Shown here: piece by piece, positions 53,880 to 64,000 of the stretch
Layout of the letters: each line of letters opens with the position of its first letter
Position numbering within the stretch: the stretch's first letter is position 1
Source: an uncultured Chloroflexia bacterium
Lineage (GTDB): Bacteria; Chloroflexota; Dormibacteria; CF-121
Length of the DNA stretch: 64,000 bases
Direction of reading: 5' to 3'
Assembly: GCA_963795805.1 (NCBI GenBank)
Contig: CAWCIV010000004.1
Coordinates: 195,126 to 259,125 of the forward strand
Notes under the pieces: model-generated
Database searches by the model: none
What the model saw: the letters and a program-made list of their open reading frames with translations, nothing else
What the model was told of the DNA's origin: nothing
Made by a program: the position numbers and the translations under genes

Positions 53880-54628
53880 GCGACCAGCAGGGTCTCGCCG
53901 GGGGCGGTATGGAGACGCTGGGCGGCCGAGCTTTCCCGCAGGGCGAATTCGATCCGCCCGCTGCTGCCGACCAGGGCGACCATCTCGCCGGGCTGCGCCT
54001 CGTCGTAGGTTTCAACCGTCCGCACCCGCGTCCCGTTGACCGCGGTGAGCCGTGCCAGCGCGCGAAGCGGCAGGTTGCTGATCACATTGCCGAAGTGGTC
54101 ACAGTGCAACACCTGGGCCCGCCATGCCTCGCCGACCTTCCTGGCCCAGGCGTCCTCGAGGCGAATCGGCGACATCGTCGACGCGGTCCCCAGTACCTCG
54201 AGCGCCTGGCCGGCGGCGATCCGCGCGGCGCTGGGCCCGAAGACGTCCCGACCATGGAACGTGGGCGCGGCCTCTGGCGGAACGCGGAGCTCGACCAGCT
54301 CGCTGACCGGCTCGCTCAGGAAGGTGAAGAGGCCGTTGTCGGGGCCCACCATCAAATGGTCGCCGGCACGGAATGCGATCGCACGCCGAGGGCCGCCCAC
54401 CCCCGGATCGACGACGGCCACATGGACGGTTCCCACGGGAAAGCTGCGCCAGGCGCTGTCGAGGAGAAAGGCACCCTGCAGCACGGCGAAGGGCCGCACG
54501 CCATGCGTCAAGTCGACGATCGTGGCGCGCGGATGGATCTGGAGGATCGCTCCCTTCATCGCCCCGACGTAGGCGTCGTCCACGCCGAAATCGGTCAGCA
54601 GGGTGATGATGCCGCTCGGCGGTGTCAT
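53876..54628 (-). CDS. SAM hydrolase / SAM-dependent halogenase family protein (DUF62)
   Basis: ..IITLLTDFGVDDAYVGAMKGAILQI..IVDLTHGV..., ..HVAVVDPGVG. 4-nt overlap with the downstream gene. Confidence 0.82.
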   Translation of the reverse strand: MTPPSGIITLLTDFGVDDAYVGAMKGAILQIHPRATIVDLTHGVRPFAVLQGAFLLDSAWRSFPVGTVHVAVVDPGVGGPRRAIAFRAGDHLMVGPDNGLFTFLSEPVSELVELRVPPEAAPTFHGRDVFGPSAARIAAGQALEVLGTASTMSPIRLEDAWARKVGEAWRAQVLHCDHFGNVISNLPLRALARLTAVNGTRVRTVETYDEAQPGEMVALVGSSGRIEFALRESSAAQRLHTAPGETLLVA

Positions 54629-54650
54629 GTCGCCATGCTAGTGGCCCGCA

Positions 54651-54683
54651 GAAAAGAAAAGAGCCGCCCGGCGGGGCGGCTCT
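54651..54683 (-). terminator. Rho-independent terminator of groEL
   Basis: Read on the minus strand: AGAGCCGCCC-cgcc-GGGCGGCTCT (10-bp perfect stem) followed by TTTCTTTTCT, 17 nt after the groEL stop. Confidence 0.85.
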
Positions 54684-54699
54684 TTCCACGGCGTCCGGT

Positions 54700-56316
<1,617 letters not shown>

Positions 56317-56389
56317 TGATCGTCCTCCTTCGAGTTCAGTAATTTGGTACAGCCGTGGTCTGCCAGGGTAGCCGGCAAGCCTCCGTATT

Positions 56390-56416
56390 TTAGCACTCCC
56401 GGCCATAGAGTGCTAG
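56390..56416. promoter_or_regulatory. CIRCE operator (HrcA binding site) in the groEL leader
   Basis: TTAGCACTC-ccggccata-GAGTGCTAG versus the consensus TTAGCACTC-N9-GAGTGCTAA (17/18), about 75 nt upstream of the groEL start. Confidence 0.88.
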
Positions 56417-56499
56417 CAATCGGCCTGGTCGAGCGCCAATTCAGGAATGCCCGATTAGAATGGACATCCGGCGGGCCACCGCGGCCTCCCAAGCACCAT

Positions 56500-57624
56500 A
56501 TGCCCTATTCCCAAGGTCCCCGTCGAAGCCCCGGCCGCGCCCTGGCCTGGGGGGTGGCGCTCGGCGTGGGCGCCGTGATGCTGCGCGAGCTTGTCCGCCC
56601 GAGGGAGCAAACCACCGAGCTGATCGACTGGGCCAGGGTGGAGGAGGTGGCCCTTGGGCGCTGTGGCGAGAACGAGGAGATCGCCATCGACCGCAGCGTG
56701 GCGGACGCCTACAGCGCGATTGCCGCTGAGCTCGAGCCGATGCTGACGGCGGCGCTCGGGACCGGCACGGCGGTGGCGGGCAGCCGGGTCTATCCCGGTC
56801 TCACCGCGGTCGGCCGGCGGCAATGGGTTCGCTTCAACATCCGGATCTTCCGGCAGATGTTCGCCCCGCTCGAACGGCTCCAGCGGATGATCCCTGGTTC
56901 GGTGATGGTCAGCCTCGGCTCCCGCAGCATCAGCCGCTACCTCGGGTTGATGCTGGGACTCCTGAGCCGACGGGTGCTCGGCCAGTACGACCCGGCCCTG
57001 CTCGGCCACGAACCCGTCGAGACGAATTCCCTGATCCTGGTCGAGCCCAACGTGCAGGCGTGGGCGAACAAGGACAGTCTCCCCGTCGACGAGCTGCGTC
57101 GCTGGCTCGCGATGCATGAGATGACGCATGCCTGGGAGTTCCGGGCCCATCCCTGGCTCCAGAGCTATCTCGAGGGCCTGCTCGGCCAGGTGCTGATCGG
57201 CAACCTCGGCGATGGCCGCCGACCCAGCGCGCTCGAGCTGATCCGGACCCTGACCTTTGGCGTCGGCCAGCAATGGAAGGCGATCAACAAGATGCAAGCC
57301 GCCATGAGTCTGCTCGAGGGCTACAGCAACCTGGTCATGAATGACATCGGCCGCCGCCAGTTGCCCCACTTCGCCCTGCTCGAAGGCGCCTACCGCCGCC
57401 GCCAGGAACAACGGACCCCACTGGAGCGTGCTTTCCTCCGCCTGACCGGGATGGAGATGAAGATGCGCCAGTACGTCCAGGGCGAGCGCTTCTGCCGCGA
57501 GGTCCAGGAAACGGGGGGCAAGGAGTTGTTGAGCCGAGTCTGGGAGGGCGAGGCGATGCTCCCCACCCTCAACGAGGTCCAGCACCCGCAACTCTGGGTG
57601 GAGCGAGTCCAGGGCAGACGGTGA
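56500..57624 (+). CDS. Zinc-dependent metalloprotease-like protein (DUF2342 / TIGR03624-type)
   Basis: ..WLAMHEMTHAWEF (HExxH). 374 aa from the ATG at 56500, with an N-terminal hydrophobic segment. Confidence 0.7.
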   Translation: MPYSQGPRRSPGRALAWGVALGVGAVMLRELVRPREQTTELIDWARVEEVALGRCGENEEIAIDRSVADAYSAIAAELEPMLTAALGTGTAVAGSRVYPGLTAVGRRQWVRFNIRIFRQMFAPLERLQRMIPGSVMVSLGSRSISRYLGLMLGLLSRRVLGQYDPALLGHEPVETNSLILVEPNVQAWANKDSLPVDELRRWLAMHEMTHAWEFRAHPWLQSYLEGLLGQVLIGNLGDGRRPSALELIRTLTFGVGQQWKAINKMQAAMSLLEGYSNLVMNDIGRRQLPHFALLEGAYRRRQEQRTPLERAFLRLTGMEMKMRQYVQGERFCREVQETGGKELLSRVWEGEAMLPTLNEVQHPQLWVERVQGRR

Positions 57625-58469
57625 AACGAGCCGCGCTCGTGCTGGCGTCCATCACGCTGCTGAGCGCCTGCTCCGGCCCGTCGACCGCGGTCCAGTCCAC
57701 GAGTAGCCTGGCGGCGGTGGCGGTGGCGTCTGAGCTTGTCGTTGGCGATCAGCGCGTTCCGATCGGCATCCTCGATCACAACACCCCCATCACGGACGCG
57801 ACCGTGCATGTTCGGTCCTTCTATCTGGGATCCGGGAGCGCGGTCCTCAAGGGCGACTCGGCTGCTCCCTTCAAGGGCGAGGGCCTTCAGGGCGCCGGGA
57901 TCTACGCAGGCCGTCTTACGTTCGACCAACCGGGAAACTGGCGCCTCGACGTGACGGCCACCCGGCCGAACGGCGACCACGCCGTCATGCAGGTCCCCAT
58001 CACCGTCCTCGCCAAACCGGTCGTGCCCGGTGTCGGCCAGCCGGCGCCGGCGAGCAACAGCCCGACCGCGGCCACCGTCTCCGATGTCAGCCTGATCGAC
58101 ACCGGCTCGCCACCCGATGACATGCACCAGATCTCGATTGCCCAGGCGATCGCCGATCACAAACCCACGCTGGTGGTGTTTGCCTCGCCGGCTTACTGTA
58201 CGAGCGCGACCTGCGGGCCCGAGGTCAAAGCCGTGCAAACGCTGGAGCCTGCCTACCGCGACAAGCTCGCCTTCATCCATATCGAGATCTACACCAACTA
58301 CAAACCTGATCCAGCCAAGCGCCAGGTCGCTCCGACGGTCGTGCAGTGGAGACTCCAGAGCGAGCCCTGGATCTTCCTGATCGACTCGACCGGAACCATC
58401 CGCGCCCGGTTCGAAGGAGCGACCGGAGCCGATGAAATCAAGGCCGCCATCGATCAGCTCCTCAAGTAG
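57621..58469 (+). CDS. Lipoprotein with N-terminal Ig/FixH-like domain and C-terminal thioredoxin-like (TlpA/redoxin) domain
   Basis: Lipobox ITLLSACSG. ..KPTLVVFASPAYCTSATCGPEV.. (CxxxxC in a thioredoxin-fold context). ATGA-type overlap with the upstream gene. Confidence 0.65.
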   Translation: MKRAALVLASITLLSACSGPSTAVQSTSSLAAVAVASELVVGDQRVPIGILDHNTPITDATVHVRSFYLGSGSAVLKGDSAAPFKGEGLQGAGIYAGRLTFDQPGNWRLDVTATRPNGDHAVMQVPITVLAKPVVPGVGQPAPASNSPTAATVSDVSLIDTGSPPDDMHQISIAQAIADHKPTLVVFASPAYCTSATCGPEVKAVQTLEPAYRDKLAFIHIEIYTNYKPDPAKRQVAPTVVQWRLQSEPWIFLIDSTGTIRARFEGATGADEIKAAIDQLLK

Positions 58470-58541
58470 CCCGTTTACATTTTCTAACAGGGCCGCGGCG
58501 GGACTGTTTCCTGCAATCGGGCGGGCCGATGGTACGGTCCG

Positions 58542-58724
58542 TTGGAGATGGCTGACATGATGTTCGACCTCGTCTGCCGCCACTGTGGCCGCCGGGAAAC
58601 GCGCCGCTGGGAGAGCCGGGAGAGCGTGGCGGTCACGAACTGCCGGATGTGCAAGTTGGGGATGTCGGTCGTGGGGATCGCCTTCTTCGCGCCGGCGGCG
58701 GCGGTCCAGCAGCAAGCCGCCTAG
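58542..58724 (+). CDS. Possible small zinc-ribbon membrane protein
   Basis: 60 aa. CRHC...x18...CRMC, followed by a hydrophobic segment VVGIAFFAPAAAV. There is no homology support, and it overlaps the convergent gene by 4 nt. Confidence 0.3.
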   Translation: MEMADMMFDLVCRHCGRRETRRWESRESVAVTNCRMCKLGMSVVGIAFFAPAAAVQQQAA

Positions 58725-58936
58725 GGCGACTCCAGCTCAGCGATGAGCTGACCCTCCTGGACCGTGTCCCCTTCGCGGACGTGGAGCCGCGTGACCGCAC
58801 CCGCCCTAGGGGCGGTCACGGGAATCTCCATCTTCATCGATTCCAGGATGACGAGGGTCTCGTCGGCCGCGACCCGCTGGCCATCGTTGACCAGGACCTT
58901 CCAGACGTTGCCGGCCAGCTCGGCCTTGATCTGCAC
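58721..58936 (-). CDS. Stand-alone biotin/lipoyl attachment domain protein (BCCP-like)
   Basis: 71 aa. ..LVILESMKMEIPVTAP.. (E-[AS]-M-K-M biotinylation motif). Confidence 0.8.
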   Translation of the reverse strand: MQIKAELAGNVWKVLVNDGQRVAADETLVILESMKMEIPVTAPRAGAVTRLHVREGDTVQEGQLIAELESP

Positions 58937-59112
58937 CTGAGAAACCTACCACGGGGCAATGTGTCGAACTGCACCGGCTCGGGTAAGATGGCGACGGTTT
59001 GCGAAAGAAACGTAGCTATCCCAAGAAACGAGGCGGCCCAACCACGCCACGGCCCGGCATCGACACCCTCGAGCAGAAGGAAACCCCTGAAGGCAAAGAG
59101 GAAACGATCGAG

Positions 59113-59307
59113 ATGGATGCCGAGGTGGTGGAGCCGCTGCCGAACGCCATGTTCAAGGTCAAGCTCCAGACCGGCCAGACGATCCTTGCCTACACCTCGG
59201 GCAAGATGCGCAAGTTCTACATCCGGATTCTGATCGGCGACCGCGTGCGCGTCGACCTGTCCCCTTACGACCTGACGCGCGGCCGGATCATCTTCCGGTA
59301 CAAGTAG
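59113..59307 (+). CDS. infA: Translation initiation factor IF-1
   Basis: [65 protein letters not shown] purine-rich RBS precedes the ATG at 59113. The track ORF start at 58999 would add an atypical basic extension. Confidence 0.88.
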   Translation: MDAEVVEPLPNAMFKVKLQTGQTILAYTSGKMRKFYIRILIGDRVRVDLSPYDLTRGRIIFRYK

Positions 59308-59319
59308 TTCCCGGCGGCG

Positions 59320-59814
59320 ATGTCGCCCATCGTCTTGCTCTACGCGGCGATCCTCATCGTCGCGGCCGTCGGTCTCCTCGGCGCCTACCGGGTCCTGGGG
59401 ACGCCTTCGCGACTCAGGCCCCCGGATTACGCGACCGTGCTTGCGGACGTGGTGCGCAGCGTGACGCGGTCGGCGCGCCGCCTGCGTGAGGCGCTCGACG
59501 GTGCAGGGGACCCGTCGTCACTGGAGGAGGTGGCGGCCGAGAGCCGGAAGATCTTCCAGACCGCCTATTACCAGACGCTGCGGCTACGCCCCTCGGTCGG
59601 GACCGACCCGGGTGTGTCGGTTCGGTCGGTGCTGGGGCAGGCCTGCGAAGCCTACGACTGGGCCAGCCGGATGATCGGAAGCTCGAGTGCAACCAATCCG
59701 GCGATCCTCGACGCCGCGCGGCGGCTGCTGGACGCCGGCGATCAGCAGCTCAATCGTGCCGACCGGGAACTGGCGGCGCTGGCGCCGGCTTCGACCGAAA
59801 AAACCGCACCGTAG
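59320..59814 (+). CDS. Hypothetical protein with N-terminal TM segment
   Basis: MSPIVLLYAAILIVAAVGLLGAY.. 164 aa. No family recognised. Confidence 0.45.
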   Translation: MSPIVLLYAAILIVAAVGLLGAYRVLGTPSRLRPPDYATVLADVVRSVTRSARRLREALDGAGDPSSLEEVAAESRKIFQTAYYQTLRLRPSVGTDPGVSVRSVLGQACEAYDWASRMIGSSSATNPAILDAARRLLDAGDQQLNRADRELAALAPASTEKTAP

Positions 59815-60703
59815 CCTCGAGGCCTTCGTCGAGCGGTGTCGCGGGCTTCCAGCCGAGGGCGGCTTCGAGCTTGCGCGCATCGACCACGGACCGTCGCTGC
59901 TCGCCAGCGAGGCCAGGCCCGTGCTGCTCAGGTTGCTCGCTGCCGGTCAGTCGCTTGAGGATGGTGAAGATCGTGTTGATGTCGGTCTCCTTGCCGGTGC
60001 CCACGTTGAAGGACCCGATCACCGACGATTGCAGCGCCCGCGCATTGGCCTCCGCGATGTCTCCGACAAAGATGAAGTCCCGGGTCTGCCGGCCGTCGCC
60101 GGTGATCCGCGCCGGCTCGTTGGCCAGCAGGCGGCGGGTGAAGATGGCCACCACCCCGGCTTCGCCGTGCGGATCCTGGCGCGGACCGTAGACGTTGGCG
60201 TAGCGGAGCGCCACGTAGGGCAGGCCATGGACAGCATGGAAGGTCCGCAGGTACACCTCGCCGGCCAGCTTCGAAGCCCCGTACGGCGAGACCGGTAGCG
60301 TGGGGGAGTCCTCGGGCGTCGGGATCACGGTGGCGTCGCCGTAGAGCGCGCCCCCGGTGGAGGCGAAGAGGAAGCGCCGGACCTTATGCCTGACGCTGGC
60401 CTGGAGGAGCGCGGCGATCCCCAGGACGTTCACCCGGGCGTCGAAGACTGGGTCGTCGACCGATCGCCGCACGCTCGCCTGGGCGGCCTGATGGACCACC
60501 GCGTCGGGCTGCTCGATTCGAAAGAGCTCGTCGAGCCATGGCGAGCCGAGGTCCATCTGGTAGAAGCGGGCTTTTGGATGGACGTGTTCGATGTGCCCGG
60601 TCGAGAGATCATCGAGGATGACCAGGTCGTGGCCGTCTGCCGCCAGGCGGTCGGCGATGTGCGACCCGATGAAGCCGGCACCACCGGTGATCAGTACTTT
60701 CAT
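59750..60703 (-). CDS. NAD-dependent epimerase/dehydratase (UDP-glucose 4-epimerase-like)
   Basis: MKVLITGGAGFIGSHIADRL.., ..YGASKLAGE (YxxxK). 317 aa from the ATG at 60703. ATGA overlap with the upstream gene. Confidence 0.85.
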   Translation of the reverse strand: MKVLITGGAGFIGSHIADRLAADGHDLVILDDLSTGHIEHVHPKARFYQMDLGSPWLDELFRIEQPDAVVHQAAQASVRRSVDDPVFDARVNVLGIAALLQASVRHKVRRFLFASTGGALYGDATVIPTPEDSPTLPVSPYGASKLAGEVYLRTFHAVHGLPYVALRYANVYGPRQDPHGEAGVVAIFTRRLLANEPARITGDGRQTRDFIFVGDIAEANARALQSSVIGSFNVGTGKETDINTIFTILKRLTGSEQPEQHGPGLAGEQRRSVVDARKLEAALGWKPATPLDEGLEATVRFFRSKPAPAPPVPGRHD

Positions 60704-61710
60704 CGGCGATGGCTGAGCAAGAAGGTGACGAAGCCGACCGCGATCAGGCTCCAGTAACTGATGATGCGGTCCAGGATCGCCACCGACAGCGCCTGTGAGG
60801 GCGTCAGGTGGAAAAAGATCAGCACGGTGATGATGCCGCCTTCGACCAGCACGAGCCCGCCGGGGAGCGCCGGGATCGTGGTCAGCAGCGACGCGACCAG
60901 GGCAATGAAGACGATCTGCGCGATGCTGAGCGACAGGTGCAGGGGGAAAGCCTGAACGACCAGGAACAGGCGGGCGGACTCCGCCATCCAAACCAGCACC
61001 GTCAGGCCGAGGAGCAACGGGACGTGGCCGTGAAAGGCGCTCAGCAACCCATGGCGAAAGCGCGCCGCGCGCTCACGGAAGCGTTCGGGCACCAGGCTGC
61101 CAAGCTGCCGGTGACTGAACCGCAGGACGAGTAAGGCGAGGATCAGGCCCACCGCAATCGCGAGGCCCACGACCAGCGCGGGGACGAATCGAGACGGGAT
61201 GCTCGACCTGAAGCTGACCAGCCCGCTGAGCACGAGCAGGCTCATCAGGACGAGAAAGTCCAGCGCCCGCTCACTGAAAATGGTCCCGAGTCCCTTGGAA
61301 CCGGAGACCTCGGTCTGCTGGCGGAGTAGATAGGCCCGGTAGAAGTCGCCCATCTTCGCCGGCAGGACGCAGTTTGCAAACCAGGCCAGGATGATGATGT
61401 GAAAGAGTTCGCCGAAGCGGTTGGACTCGCCGGTGTTGCGAAGGAGGATCTCCCAGCGGATGGTCCGCACCACAAACGACAGGTAGAAGGCAACGAAGGC
61501 CAGCGCGTAGAGCAGCAGGTTGACCTGGGCGATGGCGCGTAGGCTCGCGCCGTAGTCGAGCTGGACATGGGTCAGGACGACGAAGAGGACGACCGCCAGG
61601 ATGAGAAACGAGATCAGGGTGCGCGGATCCAGGAAGCGGTCGCGCAGGGCGGACCGGGGCGGGCCCGCCAACGGCGGTATGGCGGCGGGCTCCATCTCAG
61701 ACTTCAACAT
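60700..61710 (-). CDS. Lysylphosphatidylglycerol-synthase-TM-region (UPF0104, flippase-like) family membrane protein
   Basis: 336 aa with about 8 TM segments. ..FYRAYLLRQQT.., ..IPALPGGLVLVEGG.. is typical of UPF0104. Confidence 0.7.
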   Translation of the reverse strand: MLKSEMEPAAIPPLAGPPRSALRDRFLDPRTLISFLILAVVLFVVLTHVQLDYGASLRAIAQVNLLLYALAFVAFYLSFVVRTIRWEILLRNTGESNRFGELFHIIILAWFANCVLPAKMGDFYRAYLLRQQTEVSGSKGLGTIFSERALDFLVLMSLLVLSGLVSFRSSIPSRFVPALVVGLAIAVGLILALLVLRFSHRQLGSLVPERFRERAARFRHGLLSAFHGHVPLLLGLTVLVWMAESARLFLVVQAFPLHLSLSIAQIVFIALVASLLTTIPALPGGLVLVEGGIITVLIFFHLTPSQALSVAILDRIISYWSLIAVGFVTFLLSHRR

Positions 61711-61747
61711 ACCAATCTATGTACGGGACGGCGATCGGCAGCGTACC

Positions 61748-62299
61748 TCAGTCGGCGATCTTGCGGCGTCGAAGGATCCGTTCGAGTAACGGCATTGGGC
61801 GGCGTGGCTTGCCGGTGGCGCCATATTGACGCCGAACCTGTTCTTTCTCACGCTCTTCGAGCACGCGAGGGACCCAGTCCGACTCCAGCATTGGGGATTC
61901 GCCGCCCTCCCAGGTCTTGAGAAAAAAGATGCCCTTCAGCGCGGTGAAGGGGATGGCGAGGTCTTTTTCCTCGCTCTGGTCCGGGGAGATCAGTGAGAGC
62001 GTGACCCCATACCGGGCCGGGTGCATCTCGCGCATGCTGTAGCCACGAAGCACCTCGTGGTCGACGAAGTGGATCGCGATCCGCTGGTACCGGGCGATGT
62101 CGACGGCGTCGCTGGGCGCCCGGGAGTCGAGGAGGACGTACTTGAGGCTGCTCAGCGGGACAAAGGCGCCCCGGTTGTTGGTGCCCACGTTGTTGATCCG
62201 GGTCTCGACGACCGGCGAGTCCAACTCCCGCCTGGTCAGTTCACCGTGCAGGGTCTCACCGTCGAGGAAGCAGTAGATGGCATCCGCCACTGCCCGCAT
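61748..62299 (-). CDS. Hypothetical protein with two beta-rich internal repeats and a basic tail
   Basis: 183 aa. AIYCFLDGETLHGEL....VPLSSLKYVLL and IAIHFVDHEVLRGYS....IPFTALKGIFFLK are repeat units. C-terminal ..RRPMPLLERILRRRKIAD. Confidence 0.5.
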   Translation of the reverse strand: MRAVADAIYCFLDGETLHGELTRRELDSPVVETRINNVGTNNRGAFVPLSSLKYVLLDSRAPSDAVDIARYQRIAIHFVDHEVLRGYSMREMHPARYGVTLSLISPDQSEEKDLAIPFTALKGIFFLKTWEGGESPMLESDWVPRVLEEREKEQVRRQYGATGKPRRPMPLLERILRRRKIAD

Positions 62300-62319
62300 T
62301 GTAGACGTCAGCCGGGAGG

Positions 62320-63384
62320 TTACCCGGTCGCCCGAAGCCGCTCCCGCGGGTTCTCGCCCAGCAGCCGGCGGACCGCATCAATGGCATAGTCGATGTCGTC
62401 CGCCGCGACACCCCGGTGGGTGACCATCCGCCAGCGTTGCGGGCTCGCCTGATCAAGCAACACCCCTTCGGCCCGGCAGCGCTCAATGAACTCGCTCGCC
62501 GTCAGCGGGGGCCGACAATCCCCGAACACCATGTTGCTCTGGATCCGTGAGCAATCGACCTCGATCGCGGTGAGTCCCTGTAACCCCTCGCCCAGGTGGC
62601 GGGCGTTGGCGTGATCGTCACGCAGGCGCTCGACCATGTGATCGAGGGCGATAAGACCGGCCGCGGCCAGGACGCCGGCCTGTCGCATGCCTCCACCCAG
62701 CAGCTTCCGTCGCCGCCGCGCCGCCTCGATAAAGGCGGCGGACCCGGCCAGCATCGACCCGACTGGCGCGCTGAGTCCCTTCGAGAGGCAGAACATGACC
62801 GAATCGACCGGGCCGGTGAGCTGACGAACATCGATCCCCTGCGCCACCGCCGCGTTGAACACCCTCGCGCCGTCGAGGTGGACCTTCATGTTCGCGGCAT
62901 GGGCAACCTCGGCGACAGCCTGCGTGTCTTTCGGGGTGAGGCAGATGCCGCCCTGCCGGTTGTGCGTGTTCTCGAGGCAGAGCAGGGCGCTGCGGGGCTC
63001 GTGGATGTCGGGCGTGCGAATGGCGGCCTGCACCTGATCCGGCCGGAGGCGGCCGTCGCTGGTGGGCAACGGTCGCAGCTGCAGGCCACCGACGACGGCG
63101 GCGCCCGCAACCTCCGAGACGAAGATATGGCTCTCCGACTCGACGATCACCTCATCGCCGGATGTCGTATGGGCCAGGAGCGCGCAGAGGTTCCCCATCG
63201 TGCCGCTCGGGACGAACAGCGACGCCTCTTTGGCGACCATGCGGGCCGCCTGGTCCTGGAGGCGGTGGATCGTCGGGTCTTCGTCCCAGACATCGTCGCC
63301 CACGTCCGCGGCAGCCATCGCCGCGCGCATCTCCTCGGTCGGCAAGGTGAAGGTGTCGCTGCGAAGCTCAACCAGGCGCGTCAT
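62320..63384 (-). CDS. ltaE: Low-specificity L-threonine aldolase
   Basis: ..VELRSDTFTLPTEEMRAAMAAADVGDDVWDEDPTIHRLQ..FVPSGTMGNL..LSKGL. 354 aa. Confidence 0.85.
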   Translation of the reverse strand: MTRLVELRSDTFTLPTEEMRAAMAAADVGDDVWDEDPTIHRLQDQAARMVAKEASLFVPSGTMGNLCALLAHTTSGDEVIVESESHIFVSEVAGAAVVGGLQLRPLPTSDGRLRPDQVQAAIRTPDIHEPRSALLCLENTHNRQGGICLTPKDTQAVAEVAHAANMKVHLDGARVFNAAVAQGIDVRQLTGPVDSVMFCLSKGLSAPVGSMLAGSAAFIEAARRRRKLLGGGMRQAGVLAAAGLIALDHMVERLRDDHANARHLGEGLQGLTAIEVDCSRIQSNMVFGDCRPPLTASEFIERCRAEGVLLDQASPQRWRMVTHRGVAADDIDYAIDAVRRLLGENPRERLRATG

Positions 63385-63393
63385 CCGGTCATC

Positions 63394-64000
63394 CTACTGC
63401 CCGAGTTGCGCATAGACCAGCGGGTGCGGCGTGACCACCTCGGTGATCGCGAGGTCGATCTCGCGCGTGATCGCCACCTGGAGGCGGGTCTGCAGGCTGG
63501 TCACGGCGATCGCCGCGGCGGCTGAAAGCGCTTCCGGATCGCCGACCGCTCGCAACACATAGGGCGAGCGGACCGTGTTTCCGTTGATCGCGAGGAGCTG
63601 GCCGCGCGAGAGGATCGGCGTGTCGCTGACGATGCGCTGACCGTTCAGGGACAAGGCCTCGGCGCCCGCGTTGCGCAGGCTGTTCAGGGTGTCCTGCAGC
63701 TCGAAGTCCATGACCGCCCCATCGAGACGGATCTCGATCCCCGGGCCATGGACCGGGACCTGACCACCGACTTCCTGCAACAGGGTCAACTCCTTCTCGA
63801 TCGTCTTGGCATCGGTGCCGCCGGCGACGAGTGCCTGCTGCAACGAGGCTTCCTGCTGGGTCAGCGCCGAGCTCTGCTGGATCAGCTGGTTATTGGCCCG
63901 GTTGAGGTCGTTGATCAGCAGCGCGACGCTGGTGTCGTCCTGCGCGGCGAGCGTCCGGGCGACCACCGCCTGCGATCGCACCTGGACGACGAGGAAGAAT
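63394..64000 (-). CDS. DUF881-domain protein (partial; the N-terminus lies beyond the right edge)
   Basis: ..VHGPGIEIRLDG...LQDTLNSLRNAGAEALSLNGQRI....NTVRSPYVLRAVGDPEAL is typical of DUF881. Confidence 0.75.
   Translation of the reverse strand, partial: FFLVVQVRSQAVVARTLAAQDDTSVALLINDLNRANNQLIQQSSALTQQEASLQQALVAGGTDAKTIEKELTLLQEVGGQVPVHGPGIEIRLDGAVMDFELQDTLNSLRNAGAEALSLNGQRIVSDTPILSRGQLLAINGNTVRSPYVLRAVGDPEALSAAAAIAVTSLQTRLQVAITREIDLAITEVVTPHPLVYAQLGQ

Noticed and set aside
57390-58715. 441-aa minus-strand ORF
   Set aside because: It is antisense to two well-supported plus-strand genes (the DUF2342 3' end and the thioredoxin-like lipoprotein). It has an Arg/Gly/Asp-rich composition, no RBS and no motifs.

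Overview
High-GC (visibly GC3-rich) bacterial chromosomal window. The gene content looks like a Terrabacteria-type lineage (Chloroflexota / Actinomycetota-like), but I cannot place it without a database search. I call about 75 protein genes, one tRNA-Val(CAC), and several terminators and operators.

The housekeeping backbone includes moeA, rpsF-ssb-rpsR, a class-V aminotransferase with serA and DUF1015, trxA, groEL with a CIRCE operator, infA and ltaE. Niche modules are interleaved with it:
- two ECF sigma/anti-sigma pairs
- a CopC/CopD copper cluster
- ArsR with AHSA1-like genes
- a NitT/TauT-type ABC transporter with an agmatinase-family enzyme and RidA
- a znuABC-zur zinc module with a palindromic operator
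- an Erm-like rRNA methyltransferase
- a block of redox and hydrolase genes

The least ordinary part is a patchwork accessory segment at about 17.3-25.2 kb. It is locally AT-richer and contains small orphan ORFs, two TetR units and a truncated LUD-domain gene. It ends in a tightly packed minus-strand trio: a LuxR/TPR regulator, an HhH+PHP phosphoesterase (PolX-like but without a polymerase core), and a 328-aa protein built from two tandem restriction-endonuclease-fold (DxGxD...QIK, DUF4365-like) halves. A decayed fragment of a paralogue of the third gene sits 12.7 kb away at 34.44 kb. This trio is my best candidate for an undescribed DNA-targeting (defence or repair) module.

A second recurring signal is that at least five otherwise intact genes carry a single reading-frame lesion: four 1-nt shifts and one in-frame TGA. 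This means either assembly indel error or genuine gene decay. No CRISPR array, integrase, transposase or rRNA was seen. All family names come from motif recognition by eye, not from searches.
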